The notes under the pieces: model-generated | What the model saw: the letters and a program-made list of their open reading frames with translations, nothing else | Databases searched by the model: none | Told to the model about the DNA's origin: nothing | Program-made: the position numbers and the translations under genes | In this document: positions 38,711-50,217 of the stretch, in pieces | How the letters are laid out: every line of letters begins with the position of its first letter | How positions within the stretch are numbered: position 1 is the first letter of the stretch | DNA from: Hemiscyllium ocellatum | Lineage: Eukaryota | Direction: 5' to 3' | Assembly (NCBI RefSeq): GCF_020745735.1 | Contig: NC_083403.1 | Coordinates: 125,072,526-125,136,525, forward strand | Length of the DNA: 64,000 nucleotides

Positions 38711-39544
38711 AAACTGGGGAACTAAAACAAAATTAGTATCAGTAAAGAATCAGGAGAACTTAGCAAGATTGTGGTCGATGAATCTCTGGGGCAAGAGTGT
38801 TGAAGAAAGTAGCAATAAGAGGTAGTAGGTGATTTGGTGATTATTAACGATACTGTATGTTCTGAAAAGGTTAGTGACAATTGGAAGGTAGCAAACATAA
38901 TATTTAGAAAGGGAAGAAGATGATGAAGAAAAAGCAGTGAATTACAAAGCTGTTAGAATTACATCCAAATTTATTAGAATTTATTATAAAGAATGTGATA
39001 ACTGGATATTGAGAAAAGAATGGCAAAATTAAGCAGAGTCCAGATGGATTTATGAAAAGGAGATCAAGTTGGACAAACTTTATTTGATGGTGTTACGTGT
39101 AGCATAGACAAAGGAGCATTAATAAATGCAGTGGGTTGGCACTTCAGAAGGCCCATACTAGATAAGGTCCCACACAAAATGTTAATGAAGAAAATTGAAG
39201 CACATAGGATCAAGGTGGACATAATATTCAGATAATGGACAGGGCATTAAAGACTGAGATTAGGGTGGTTAGATGGCATTGAATATTTGGAATTCTCTGC
39301 CCCAGAGTGCTGTGGAAGATCAGTCATTGAGAAAGGTTGAAAAGAAAAATTGATAGGTTTCTGGAGACTAATGACATTAAGGGATATGAAGATAGTGTGG
39401 GGAAAGGGCATTGAAGAAACAATCAACCATATCATCTAGAATGTTGGGGCAGGCTTGCCATGCTGAAAAGCCTATTCATGTTTCTATTTTCCTAACAGAG
39501 ACTATGGCGGGAAGAAAATGGGGGAATGATTCTTCAGAGAGGCA

Positions 39545-42360
39545 GCACAGTTAGAAACAGGAGAGAAGTCACCATGTTGGGAGTTTTCTATAGGCCTCCG
39601 AATAGTCCCAAAGATGTAGAGGAGAGGATAGCAAAGATGATTCTCGATAGGAGTGAGAGAGGCAGGGTAGTTGTCATAGGGGACTTCAACTATCCAAATA
39701 TTGACTGGGATCACCTACGAGTACTATAGATGGGTCAACTTTTGTCCAATGTTTGCAGGAGGGCTGCCTGACACAGTATGTAGACAGGCCTACAAGGGGT
39801 GAAGCCACTTTAGATTTAGTACTGGGTAACGAGCCTGGCCAGGTGGTAGATTTGGAAGTAGGTGAGCACTTTGGAGACAGCGATCACAATTCTGTCAGGT
39901 TTTCTTTAATCATGGAAAGGGATAGGTGTACTCCACCGAGCAAGAGTTACAGCTGGGGGAAGGGAAATCACGATGCAATTAGGAAAGATTTAGGAAGTGT
40001 AGAATGGGGAAGGAAACTGTAGGGGATGAGCACATTGTGTGCGGCACGGTGACACAGTGGTTAGCACTGCTGCCTCACAGTGCCAGAGATCCGGGTTCAA
40101 TTCCCGACTCAGGCGACAGACTGTGTGGAGTTTGCACATTCTCCCCGTGTCTGCGTGGGTTTCCTCCGGGTACTCCAGTTTCCTCCCATAGTCCAAAGAT
40201 GTGCAGGTCAGGTGAATTGGCCACGTTAAATTGTGTTAGATAAGGGGTATGGGTGGGTGGCGGGTTGGTGTGGACTTGTTGGGCTGAAGGGTCTTTTCCA
40301 CACTGTAAGTAATGTAATCTAAAAATGTGGAGCTTATTCAAGAAAAAGCTCCTGTGTGTCCGAGATAAGTATGTACCTGTCAGGCAGGGAGGAAGATATG
40401 GAACACGTGAGCCGTGGTTTACTAAGGAAGTGGAATCCCTGGTCAAGAAGAAGAAGGCTTATGTTAGGACAAAATGTGAAAACTCAGTTAGGGCGCTTGA
40501 GGGTTACAAAGAAGTCAGGAAAGACCTAAAAAGAGATCACAGAAGAGCCAGGAGGAGACATGAGAAGTTGTTGGTGAATAGGATCAGGGTTAACCAGGAA
40601 TAAAAGAATGACGAGAGTTAAATTAGGGCCAATCAATGATAATAGTGGGAAGTTGTGCGTGGAGTCAGAGGAGATAGGGGAAGCACTAAATAAATATTTT
40701 TCGACAGTGTTCACTATAGAAAATGAAAATGTTGGCGAGAAAGATACAGAGATACTTGCATCTAGACTAGAAGAGATTGAAGTTCGCAAAGAAGAGGTAT
40801 TAGAAATATGCAGAATATGAAAATAGACAAGTCCCCTGGGCCAGATGGGATCTATCCTAGGATCCTCTGGGAAGCAAGGGAAGAGACTGCCGAGCCTTTG
40901 GCATTGATCTTCAAATCATCATTGTCTACTGGAATAGTGCCTGAGGACTGGAGGATAGTAAATGTGGTTCCCTTGTTCAAAAAGAGTAGTAGAGACAACC
41001 CTGGTAATTACAGACCAGTGAGTCTCACTTCAGTTGTTGGTAAAGTGTTGGAAAAGGTTATAAGAGATAGGATTTATAACCATCTAGAAAAGATTAATCT
41101 GATCAGGGACAGTCAGCACGGTTTTGTGAAGGGTAGGTAATGCCTAACGAATCTTATTGAGTTTTTTGACAAAGTTACCGAATAGATAGATGAGAGTAAA
41201 CCGGTTGATGTGGTGTATATGGATTTCAGCAAGGCGTTCGATAAGGTTCCCCACAGTAGGCTATTATACAAAATGTGGAGGAATGGAATTGTGGGAGACA
41301 TAGCAGTTTGGATCAGTAATTGGCTTGCTGAAAGAAAACAGAGTGTTGCAGTTGATGGAACATGTTCATCTTGGTGTCCAGTTACTAGCGGCGTACCACA
41401 AGGATTGGTGTTGGGTCCACTGCTGTTCAGTATTTTTATAAATGACCTGGATGAGGGCTTTGAAGGGTGGGTTAGTAAATTTGCGGACAACAATAAGGTC
41501 GGTGGAGTTGTGGACAGTGACGAAGGATGTAGTAGGTTGCAGAGAGACATAGATAAGCTGCAGAGCTTGGCTGACAGGTGGCAAATGAAGTTTAATGTGG
41601 ACAAGTGTGAGGTGATACACTTTGAACAGAGTAATCGGAATTCTTGGGACTGCAGATGAGCAGAGAGATCTCGGTGTCCATGTACACATTTCCCTGAAAG
41701 TTGCCACCCAGATTGACAGGGTTGTTAAGAAGGCATACAGTGTTTTGGCCTTTATTAATAGAAGGATTGAGTTCCGGAACCAGGAGGTTATGCTGCAGCT
41801 GTACAAAGCTCTGGTACAGCCACACTTGGAGTATTGTGTACAGTTCTGGTCACCGCATTATAAGAAGGATGTGGAAGCTTTGGAAAGGGTGCAGAGGAGA
41901 TTTACTAGGATGTTGTCTGGTATGGAAGGAATATCTTACGAGGAAAGGCTGAGGGCCTTGAGGCTGTTCTTGTTAGAAGAAAGTTGAGAGGTGACTTAAC
42001 AGAGACATATAAGATAATCAGAGGGTTAGATAGGATGGACAGGGAGAGCCTTTTTCCAAGTATGGGGACGGCAAATACGAGGGGACACAACTTTAAAGTG
42101 AAGGGAGATAGGTATAAGACAGATGTCAGAGGCAGTTTCTTTACTCAAAGAGTAGTTAGGGTATGGAATGCTTTGCCTGCAACAGTAGTAGATTCGCCAA
42201 GTTTAAGTGCATTTAAGTCATCATTGGACAGGGAAATGGACGTACATGGAATAGTGTAGGTGGGATGGGCTTCAGATTAGTATAACAGGGCAGCAGCAAC
42301 ATCGAGGGCCAAAGGGCTGGTACTGCGCTGTAATGTTCTATGTTCTATGTTCTACATTCT
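39545..42360 (+). mobile_element. 5'-truncated CR1 LINE with nested SINE
   Basis: APE and RT fragments, (tatgttc)n tail at about 42331-42360. Confidence 0.92.
40040..40322 (+). mobile_element. HE1-like SINE nested in CR1
   Basis: Interrupts CR1 ORF2 sequence; has head, core and tail. Confidence 0.88.
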
Positions 42361-43192
42361 ATACAATATGCTGACTTGCCTCTCCTTTGCTGGAACCACA
42401 TTGTGACTTTTTTTAAGTTGACAAGACACTGCATTTATCGGGAAGGTTTATAGGGTTTTGGGGATATAGCAGTAAAGTGACAGCTCTGGAGTCAACAGAC
42501 ACATACGCTGAATGGGCTCCTTCTGAACTGCATTAAATCATGATTCTACGGTGGGCTTCATCCAATAGCCAGTGCCCCTACCCCACTCCCAAAACAGAGT
42601 GGAGATCTGGATGCAGAATTAGTCCACACTTGTAATGAAGGCAATGACCCACTGTTTTCAATTATTTCAGCTTCCATCCAACACTAACTGCCAACTGATG
42701 GCCTGAATAGTTCAGCAGAGTTCATTATGATGGGTTGCAACCTCATTCTCCACTTGCAGATCTGTGGGGCTGCTCTGTCATATTCTGTGTGTGTGGTGGG
42801 GTTGGTGGGGGGGGCAACAGTTCTTGGAGAAAAGGTTCTATTCTAAAGCATTGCAGCCAACAAAGTAAGGCCCCTGCAGGTGTGGATCTTCAGATTGCAG
42901 CAACAATCCCACAATTGAAATGTCTGATGGGGCATGCATTTAAGGTTAGAAGGGGAAGATTCAAAGGAGATGTGAGGAGCAAGTTGTTTTACAAGAGAGT
43001 GGTAGTAGTCTGGAATGCACAGCCAGGGATGATGGTGGAGGCAGATACAATAGGGGCATATAAGGGACTTTTAGATAAGTACATGAATATGCAAAGAATG
43101 GAGAAGTATGGGCTAAGGGCAGGGCAGAAGGGATTAGTTTAATTTGGTGTCATGTTCAGTAAAACACCTTGGGCCAAAGGGCCTGTTCCTAT

Positions 43193-43495
43193 GATTAGAT
43201 TAGATTAACAGTGTGGAAACAGGCCCTTCGGCCCAACAAGTCCACACCGACCCACCGAAGTGCAACTCACCCATACCCCTACATTTACCCCTTACCTAAC
43301 ACTACGGGCAATTTAGCATGGCTACTTCACCTGACCCGCACATCTTTGGACTGTGGGAGGAAACCAGAGGAAACCCACGCAGACACGGGGAGAACGTGCA
43401 AACTCCACACAGTCAGTCGCCTGAGTCAGGAATTGAACCCGGGTCTCAGGCGCTGTGAGGCAGCAGTGCTAGCCACTGTGCCACCGTGCCACCCA
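43193..43495 (-). mobile_element. HE1-like SINE
   Basis: Reverse complement of the same family. Confidence 0.88.
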
Positions 43496-43679
43496 ATGTG
43501 CTTTACTGTTCTATGTTCTATCTATGATGGAACTTCTGCCAACTCTGCAAAATTCTGATTGTTGTCTCCAATCCCCTGCCATTTTCAGGCAATTATTAAT
43601 ATTGAAAAGAGAAAGTGCTGGAGAAACTCAGCAGGTCTTGCAGCATCAGTGGAGAGAAAATAGACTTAAAGGTATGACT

Positions 43680-44392
43680 TAGAGTCATAGAGATGTACAT
43701 CACAGAAACAGACCCTTCAGTCCAACCCGTCCATGCTGATCAGATATCCCAACCCAATCTAGTCCCACCTGCCAGCACCCGGCCCATATCCCTCCAAACC
43801 CTTCCTATTCATATGCCCATCCAAATGCCTCTGAAATATTGCAATTGCACCAGCCTCCCCCACTTCCTCTGGCAGCTCACATGTACCATCCTCTGTGTGT
43901 AAAAGTTGCCCCATAGGTCTCTTTTATATCTTTCCCCTCTCACCCTAAACCTATGCCCTCTAGTTCTGGACTCCCCCACCCCAGGGAAAAGACTTTGTCT
44001 ATTTATCCTATCCATGTCCCTCATGATTTTATAAGGTCACCCCTCAGCCTCCAACACTCAAGGGAAAACAGCCCCAGCCTGTTTAACCTTTCCCTATAGC
44101 TTAAATCCTCCAACCCTGGCAACATCCCTGTAAATCTTTTCTGAACCCTTTCAAGTTTCATAACATCTTTCTGATAGGAAGGAAACCAGACTTGCACGCA
44201 ATAGTCCAACAGTAGCCTAACCGATGTCCTGTACAGCCGCAACATGACCTCCCAACACCTGTACTCAGTATTCTGACCATTAAAGGAAAGCATGTCAAAT
44301 ACCTTCTTCACTATCCCATCCACCTGCGACTCCACTTTCAAGGAGCTATGAACCTGTTCTCCAAGGTCTCTTTGTTCAGTAACACTCCCTAA
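43680..44392 (-). mobile_element. CR1 3' fragment upstream of the RSAD2 promoter
   Basis: ORFs 44021-44341 and 43809-44024, plus 3'UTR. Confidence 0.9.
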
Positions 44393-44702
44393 GAAATCAG
44401 GGAAATTCTTGTTGTTTACGTGTCATTTGCAGTTAGAAGTTTCTTTGAATAAACAGGGCCATAGGTTCTACCACACAGTGGATTACATTTCTGTCTCTGA
44501 GCCAGAAGGTGAAGTCTCATCCAAAGACTGAATGGCCACAGAAAGTCAAAATGGGGCCAAACAGATTTACCACTTTGTAATTTTTTCCCAAGACACAATA
44601 CAATGTGATAAGAGTGGGGAAGATCATGGTTCAGTATTTCGGACGCTGAGTGAACGCGTTGACAGGATACTCGAGGAAGCTATGATATCAGGTATTGTTT
44701 TG

Positions 44703-44797
44703 GCTTTCGATTTCTGTTCTAATGAAGTGAAACTTTGAACGAAGCATGGTCTGAGTGATTACTAGTCATCCCGGTTACGTCAGAGACAGTATATATA
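44703..44797 (+). promoter_or_regulatory. RSAD2 promoter: ISRE, IRF-E, CRE-like element, TATA box
   Basis: GCTTTCGATTTC (=GAAATCGAAAGC) 44703-44714, GAAGTGAAACT 44724-44734, TTACGTCA 44775-44782 and TATATATA 44790-44797, about 80 nt before the ATG. Confidence 0.8.
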
Positions 44798-44874
44798 CAC
44801 CTAACCATCAACAATCTGTACAACCCTTGTTAGGAACACATTCCGAGTTAGCTGTGGTCAGGAGGGGAAAAAAA

Positions 44875-45178
44875 ATGTACGTGGTGGTTATTTGCATTAA
44901 ACTCCTGCTGCAAGCTTGTATTGACAAAGCGGGCGAAATCTCGCGCTGGTTGATGAGGCTGGTAACCTTGAGTCAATGTGGGCTCATTGAGTGGAGACGG
45001 GGAAGAGTCACAAGCAGCGATGGGACCCAAGAGCGGAGTGTGGTCCCCACCAGTGTCAACTATCATTTCACTCGGCAATGTAACTACAAGTGCGGCTTCT
45101 GTTTCCACACCGCCAAGTCATCATTTGTGTTGCCCCTGGAAGAAGCCAAAAGGGGACTAGAGCTACTAAAGGCAGCCG
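44875..45178 (+). CDS. RSAD2: RSAD2/viperin coding exon 1
   Basis: Hydrophobic N-terminal helix [13 protein letters not shown]..., then [24 protein letters not shown] (radical SAM CxxxCxxC). Donor G|GTAAGC. Confidence 0.96.
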
Positions 45179-45324
45179 GTAAGCAAGCAGCGGAATTAGG
45201 TTTTTGCAGGAGAAAGTTCAATTTCTCTTGGTTCAGAATGATGTTGTGGCTGCCCATTACCCGTTCAAAATTAATTGGGAGAGAATGCTGTTCTAATATA
45301 AGGGTTTTTAAAAATGATTTTAAA

Positions 45325-45456
45325 TAAAACTAAATGACCTGCGGATGCTGGAAATCAGAAACACAAACAGAAATTGCTGGAAAAGCTCAGCAAGTCCAGC
45401 AGCATCTGTGGAGAGAAATCAGAGTTAATGTTTCGGGTCCAGTGACCCTCAGAATT
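45325..45456 (-). mobile_element. Older related short element with decayed hammerhead (relatives near 27138-27228, 43605-43680, 46360-46560, 48620-48715)
   Basis: Shared gctggaRaaactcagcaggtc...gcagcatc...ggagaga body. The minus strand reads ctga-gggtc-actg-gaccc-gaaacatt with part of the core deleted. Confidence 0.6.
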
Positions 45457-45984
45457 GTTACTTACACCTTTTACAATTCACTTCTCTGGAGATGTTTTGG
45501 ATACAAGTCACAGTTGTTTATTTTGCATGATTGTAGGGATCTTATTAAAGTCGCTCATTGACATGGAACAATGCTCAGGTACAATGGGCAAAAACACAAA
45601 GTAGCATTGCTAATGCTGATATGCAATAGGGAGAAAAGAGATAGGGTGGAGAGTGTTCGACCAAATAGAGGAAACGATCGGTTGCAGCCAGCCATTGACA
45701 CACAATGTAATGTTTGGGTCTGGGATATTATTACTACAATGTGAGTAGTGGTGCATTGTGGTAGGGATACCTCTGGACTAGGAGGTCCAAATTCAGGTCC
45801 CACCTGCACAAGAACTCTGTCATTACAGTTTGAATAGCTTGATTAAAATATTCAGAAATATTTTCAGCTGAAGATGGACCATTGCTTCAAGAAATGTTAG
45901 TCTTTGCTCAGTGCTGCAGTTACTGGGAGCACCCACTCACCACACATTTGCAAAGTTTATTTTTCAAGTGTTTTAATATGGAAA

Positions 45985-46290
45985 TGTTGTGGTTCTGTTC
46001 GCCGAGCTGGAAGTTTTTGCTGCAAACGTTTCGTTCCCTGGCTAGGGAACATCATCAGTGCTATTGGAGCCTCCTGTGAAGCGCTGCTTTGATGTTTCTT
46101 CCGGTATTTATAGTGGTTTGTTCTTGCCGCTTCCGGGTGTCAGTTTCAGCTGTAGTGGTTTGTATGTGGGGTCCAGGTCGATGTGTCTGTTGATGGATGT
46201 TCTTAGAAACGTTTGCAGCAAAAACTTCCAGCTCGGCGAACAGAACCACAACAACGGACACCCGAGCTACAAATCTTCAACCAGACTTTA
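45985..46290 (-). mobile_element. Penelope-like element 3' fragment with terminal repeat, hammerhead and inverted arm (RSAD2 intron 1)
   Basis: Minus strand 46197-46108 reads SINRHIDLDPTYKPL...*, resembling the Penelope ORF C-terminus. Inverted arms about 45985-46032 and 46207-46254. TSD aatatggaaatg at 45975-45986 and 46291-46302. Confidence 0.8.
46022..46061 (-). ncRNA. Minimal hammerhead ribozyme, family C (Penelope terminal repeat)
   Basis: Minus strand: GCA CUGAUGA U GUUCCCU-AGCC-AGGGAAC GAAA CG UU^UGC. 7-bp helix II, palindromic AACGUU. Confidence 0.82.
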
Positions 46291-46894
46291 AATATGGAAA
46301 TGGAGTAATAGCGGTTCCAAACATTGCAGAAACGGAATGTTGGGAAATCTATTAACATACAAAAACAGGAAGTGCTGGAGAAGATCATCAGGTCTAGCTG
46401 CATCAGTGGAGAGAAGACCGTGTGAGCGTTTGGAGTCCAATGCCCCTTAGGTCAAAACTTTAACTATGTTTCTCTTTCCATGGATGCTGCCAAACCTGCT
46501 GAGTTTCTCCAGCAATTTCTGTTTTTATTTCAGATCTTCAGCAAAACTCAGTTCTTTGTTTTATTTGAAATTTCCATTTTGTTTTATTTAGCTACTGAAC
46601 TGGGAGGCTCACAAAAAATAATCTTTCCTCAAATATTCCTGTTAAGTATCTCATAGTTATGTAGACCAATTAATAATATTAATAAACCAATTCAGTGATC
46701 TTGCCACACTTCCAGAGGCATATTGACAGAAATACCTTCAGTGCCCATATACTTTAACCATATTGTTTATGTTCTGAAATCTGATTCCTATTTTCTAAAT
46801 ATGCTGTTCGACAAAAGTTTGGCAAGATTTTGTTAATTAACTGTTGGCATCTCATGATTCGATGCAAAACATTCCATTTGTCTTTCTTGCCTAG

Positions 46895-47056
46895 GTATGG
46901 AGAAAATTAACTTTTCAGGAGGAGAACCTTTTCTGGTCAATCGTGGAGAGTTTCTAGGGAAGCTGGTTCAGTACTGCAAGCAGGAGTTGAAACTGGCCAG
47001 TGTCAGCGTTGTGAGCAATGGGAGTCGGATCACCGAAAAGTGGTTTAAAAACTATG
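46895..47056 (+). CDS. RSAD2: RSAD2 coding exon 2 (162 nt)
   Basis: [13 protein letters not shown]...VSVVSNGS...WFKNYG (GGE motif). AG/GT boundaries. Confidence 0.97.
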
Positions 47057-47460
47057 GTAATATACCAATATCCAGGTCTGGGAATGGATTGTGCCTATCC
47101 ATACATTCTAATTAATCACTGTTGAGAGGAGTTAAGCTAATATGTATGTATAGATGAAATATTGCGACATCACACATTTCATAATTATTCGGTTTGATGT
47201 GTAATTAAGCCACAGACTAAGAAACTGGATGTAACATTAAATACCTAATATTTTCTTTGTTGAGTATTAAGGGCTACTCACAACAAAACCCAGCAGGATA
47301 CTAGTTTGTTCAACACTGGAGAAAATGTATTCGGGTGGAATACTTGATAAGGATATGTTAACATAACTAGGGGCAAAATGTCTTTCTTGAATCCTTTCAT
47401 TCAACAGTTTGAAAACTGAAATGTGTTTGAAAATGAATCCTTAATTTCATTATACTACAT

Positions 47461-47720
47461 TTAGATTAGATTAAATTAGATTAGATTAGATTACTTAGTG
47501 TGGAAACAGGCCCTTCGGCCCAACAAGTCCACACCGACCCACCGAAGCGCAACCCATCCAGACCCATTCCCCTTACATTTACCCCTTCATCTAAAACTAC
47601 GGGCAATTTAGCATGGCCAATTCACCTAACCTGCACATTTTTGGACTGCGGGAGGAAACCAGAGCACCCGGAGGAAACCCACACAGACACGGGGAGAATG
47701 TGCAAACTCCACACTGTCAG
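47461..47720 (-). mobile_element. HE1-like SINE (5'-truncated) in RSAD2 intron 2
   Basis: (ttaga)n tail at 47461-47495 and core. Confidence 0.87.
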
Positions 47721-48074
47721 TTACAACCCAATTAAAATATTCATTAATATCAGACCAAGTGCTCTGTTACATATTATACAATGAACTTTGAATCTATCTA
47801 AATGATTCCCTACTTAGGGGGCTCATAGTTTTACTGAGATAGTTAAAGAGCTGCCAACTATAGATGAGGAACCTTGTCTAAACTAAATAAAATTCCCAAT
47901 CAGTTTGATGGCAGTGCAAAGATTGTACAGTCCAGAAGAATTTTTTTTTGCAACATAATGCCAGGTAGTTTTTTTCTAAACAGTTATGCTGCACGCAAAA
48001 TTCGCAATTGTTATTAATCAGTTGTTAAACTATAACTGGAGCTCACTGTTTAACATAAAACATTAATGTTACAG

Positions 48075-48304
48075 GTAAGGACCTGGACATTTTGGCTATT
48101 TCATGTGACAGTTTTGAAGAGGACACCAATCGTCTCATCGGCCGTGGGCAGGGGACCAAAAATCACATCGAGAACCTCCTCAAAGTCAGAAGTTGGTGCA
48201 AAGATTACCAAGTGGCTTTTAAAATCAACTCTGTCATCAACAGATTCAATGTTGATGAGGATATGAATGAACAAATCAGGATGATAAATCCAATAAGGTG
48301 GAAG
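48075..48304 (+). CDS. RSAD2: RSAD2 coding exon 3 (230 nt)
   Basis: [13 protein letters not shown]...IGRGQG...[12 protein letters not shown]...NPIRWK. Donor AAG|GTAATT. Confidence 0.96.
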
Positions 48305-49736
48305 GTAATTCCGTTACTTCACCTTCCCTCTATTCTAAACTATAACCATTTGTAGGAACATGGAGGATAAGGGAAAGAACTCAAATGTGACTGTGCTGGA
48401 GAAAATTGCTATTTTGACTGGCCCAAAATCCTAAACTAGCAGACAAAGGTACTGTTTCTGCTCACTTGACATTTGGAAAAACTATTTGTATACATGTCTT
48501 GACAGTATATGTCTATCAGCTTTCTAGGGAGTTCTTAGCTGTTTAATCTGGTAGACTAAGTATAGAGCATCGCCTGAGAGCAACAATGATCTCATTGTTG
48601 CCATCAGAACAATGGCTTACAAAAGAGCTGGAGAAACTCAGCAGGTCAAGCCCCATTTTTGGAGAGACAAACTGAGTTAGCATTTCGAATTCTGTACACC
48701 TCATTTTCAAAACTGAAATTGTCTTTATTAGTCACAGTAACAAACATGGCAGTTGGGAAGACCTTTTTTTTAAAAAAAATAGCCTTCTTGAGTATACATT
48801 TTGGTTACAACTGGTTATGATTTCTTCTTGTTTCAGCTGAAGACTGGGTGGAACTTTCAAACTAAATTAATATGCCTTTAATATAGGTAATGTGATTAGC
48901 TTAACTTTGGAGAATGGAACAATTTATGTCCATAGTATTCAGTGGATTGTCTCTATTGTAGGTTTGAATATTAGTGGCTTTGTGAAAAACTAGTTACTTC
49001 AAGTCTTAGAATTTGAGCTGTGCTCTGTTTATTTAGTGGTGATCATTCTGGAGGTCTATTTTTGGTAATTTCCCCAATCTAGCAATGAGAATGTGTAAAT
49101 ATTTCATTAAAAGTAAAAAAAAAACACATGAAACCAGCAAAGGAAACAAAATTTCACTTAGAATTAACTTTATTGTGCTTTTATGGAAATCTGCACCATA
49201 CAATATATACATTTTAGACAAAAATGGCAAGGTATAGGTAATTTCAGAAGATTCTGCAGTCAGCTGTGGTGATCATGGAAACATCAAATGCTGAATGATA
49301 AGTACATCCTAGCCTCAATGTGCTCTGAATGATAATGCTGAATTGTGGTGATAATATTGTGGCTGATGGCTCACTGCATTCTCCTCCTGCTTCTGAGACT
49401 TTTCAAGTCCTGCTGAAAATGTTTGAATGTATTAGGCATTTCTCCTTTCTCTGTGGTTGGAAGGATGAAAGTGTGTGAAATTTGTGTTTTTTGTCAATTT
49501 TGGATTAAATCTTGGATTCAAGTGCACAGCAGCATACACTCAAAATGTATCACTAACTGACAATATTAAGGTAGTTTTACTCAGTTCAGCCTCATGAAGA
49601 GCTGGCATGGGAAGTACGATAAAAAATACATTATGCATAAATGCATGATCTCTCAGGCAACTGGACAACATGAGTAGGTATGATTGTGATAGCAAGTATA
49701 GTATTTTGAGTATTAAAATTATTTTCTTCAAAATAG

Positions 49737-49886
49737 GTATTCCAATGTTTGTTGATCGAAGGCGAAAATGCTGGAGAAGAAGCTCTGAGACATGCAGAAA
49801 CATTTATTATCAGCAGTAAAGACTTTCAGAGATTTTTGGATAGACATAAGGAAATCAAGTGCCTTGTGCCTGAATCTAATGAGAAG
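49737..49886 (+). CDS. RSAD2: RSAD2 coding exon 4 (150 nt)
   Basis: [18 protein letters not shown]...CLVPESNEK. Donor AAG|GTGAGA. Confidence 0.96.
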
Positions 49887-49930
49887 GTGAGATATATGGG
49901 AATAGATACTGAACCAGGTATATATATTTG

Positions 49931-50217
49931 TGGGCGGCACGGTGGCTAGCACTGCTGCCTCACAGTGCTAGAAACCCGGGTTCAATTCCCACCTCAGGCA
50001 ACTGTCTGTGTGGAGTTTGCACATTCTCCCTGTGTCTGCATGGGTTTGCTCTGGTTTCCTCCCACAGTCCAAAAATGTGCAGGTTAGGTGAACTGGCTGT
50101 GCTAAATTGCCCGTACTGTTAGGTGTAGGAGAATGGGTCTGGGTGGGTTGCTGTTCGGAGGGGCTGTGTGGACTTGTTGGGCCAAAGGGCCTGTTTCCAC
50201 ACTGTAAGTAATCTAAT
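49931..50217 (+). mobile_element. HE1-like SINE in RSAD2 intron 4
   Basis: Head, core and tail; 45 nt after the exon 4 donor. Confidence 0.87.

Noticed and set aside
44400-44409. NF-kB site GGGAAATTCT upstream of RSAD2
   Set aside because: Imperfect match at a CR1 boundary; too weak to call.
44755-44874. 40-aa GTG-initiated N-terminal extension of viperin
   Set aside because: Starts upstream of the TATA box (44790), so it is unlikely to be in the mRNA. ATG 44875 gives a normal N-terminus.
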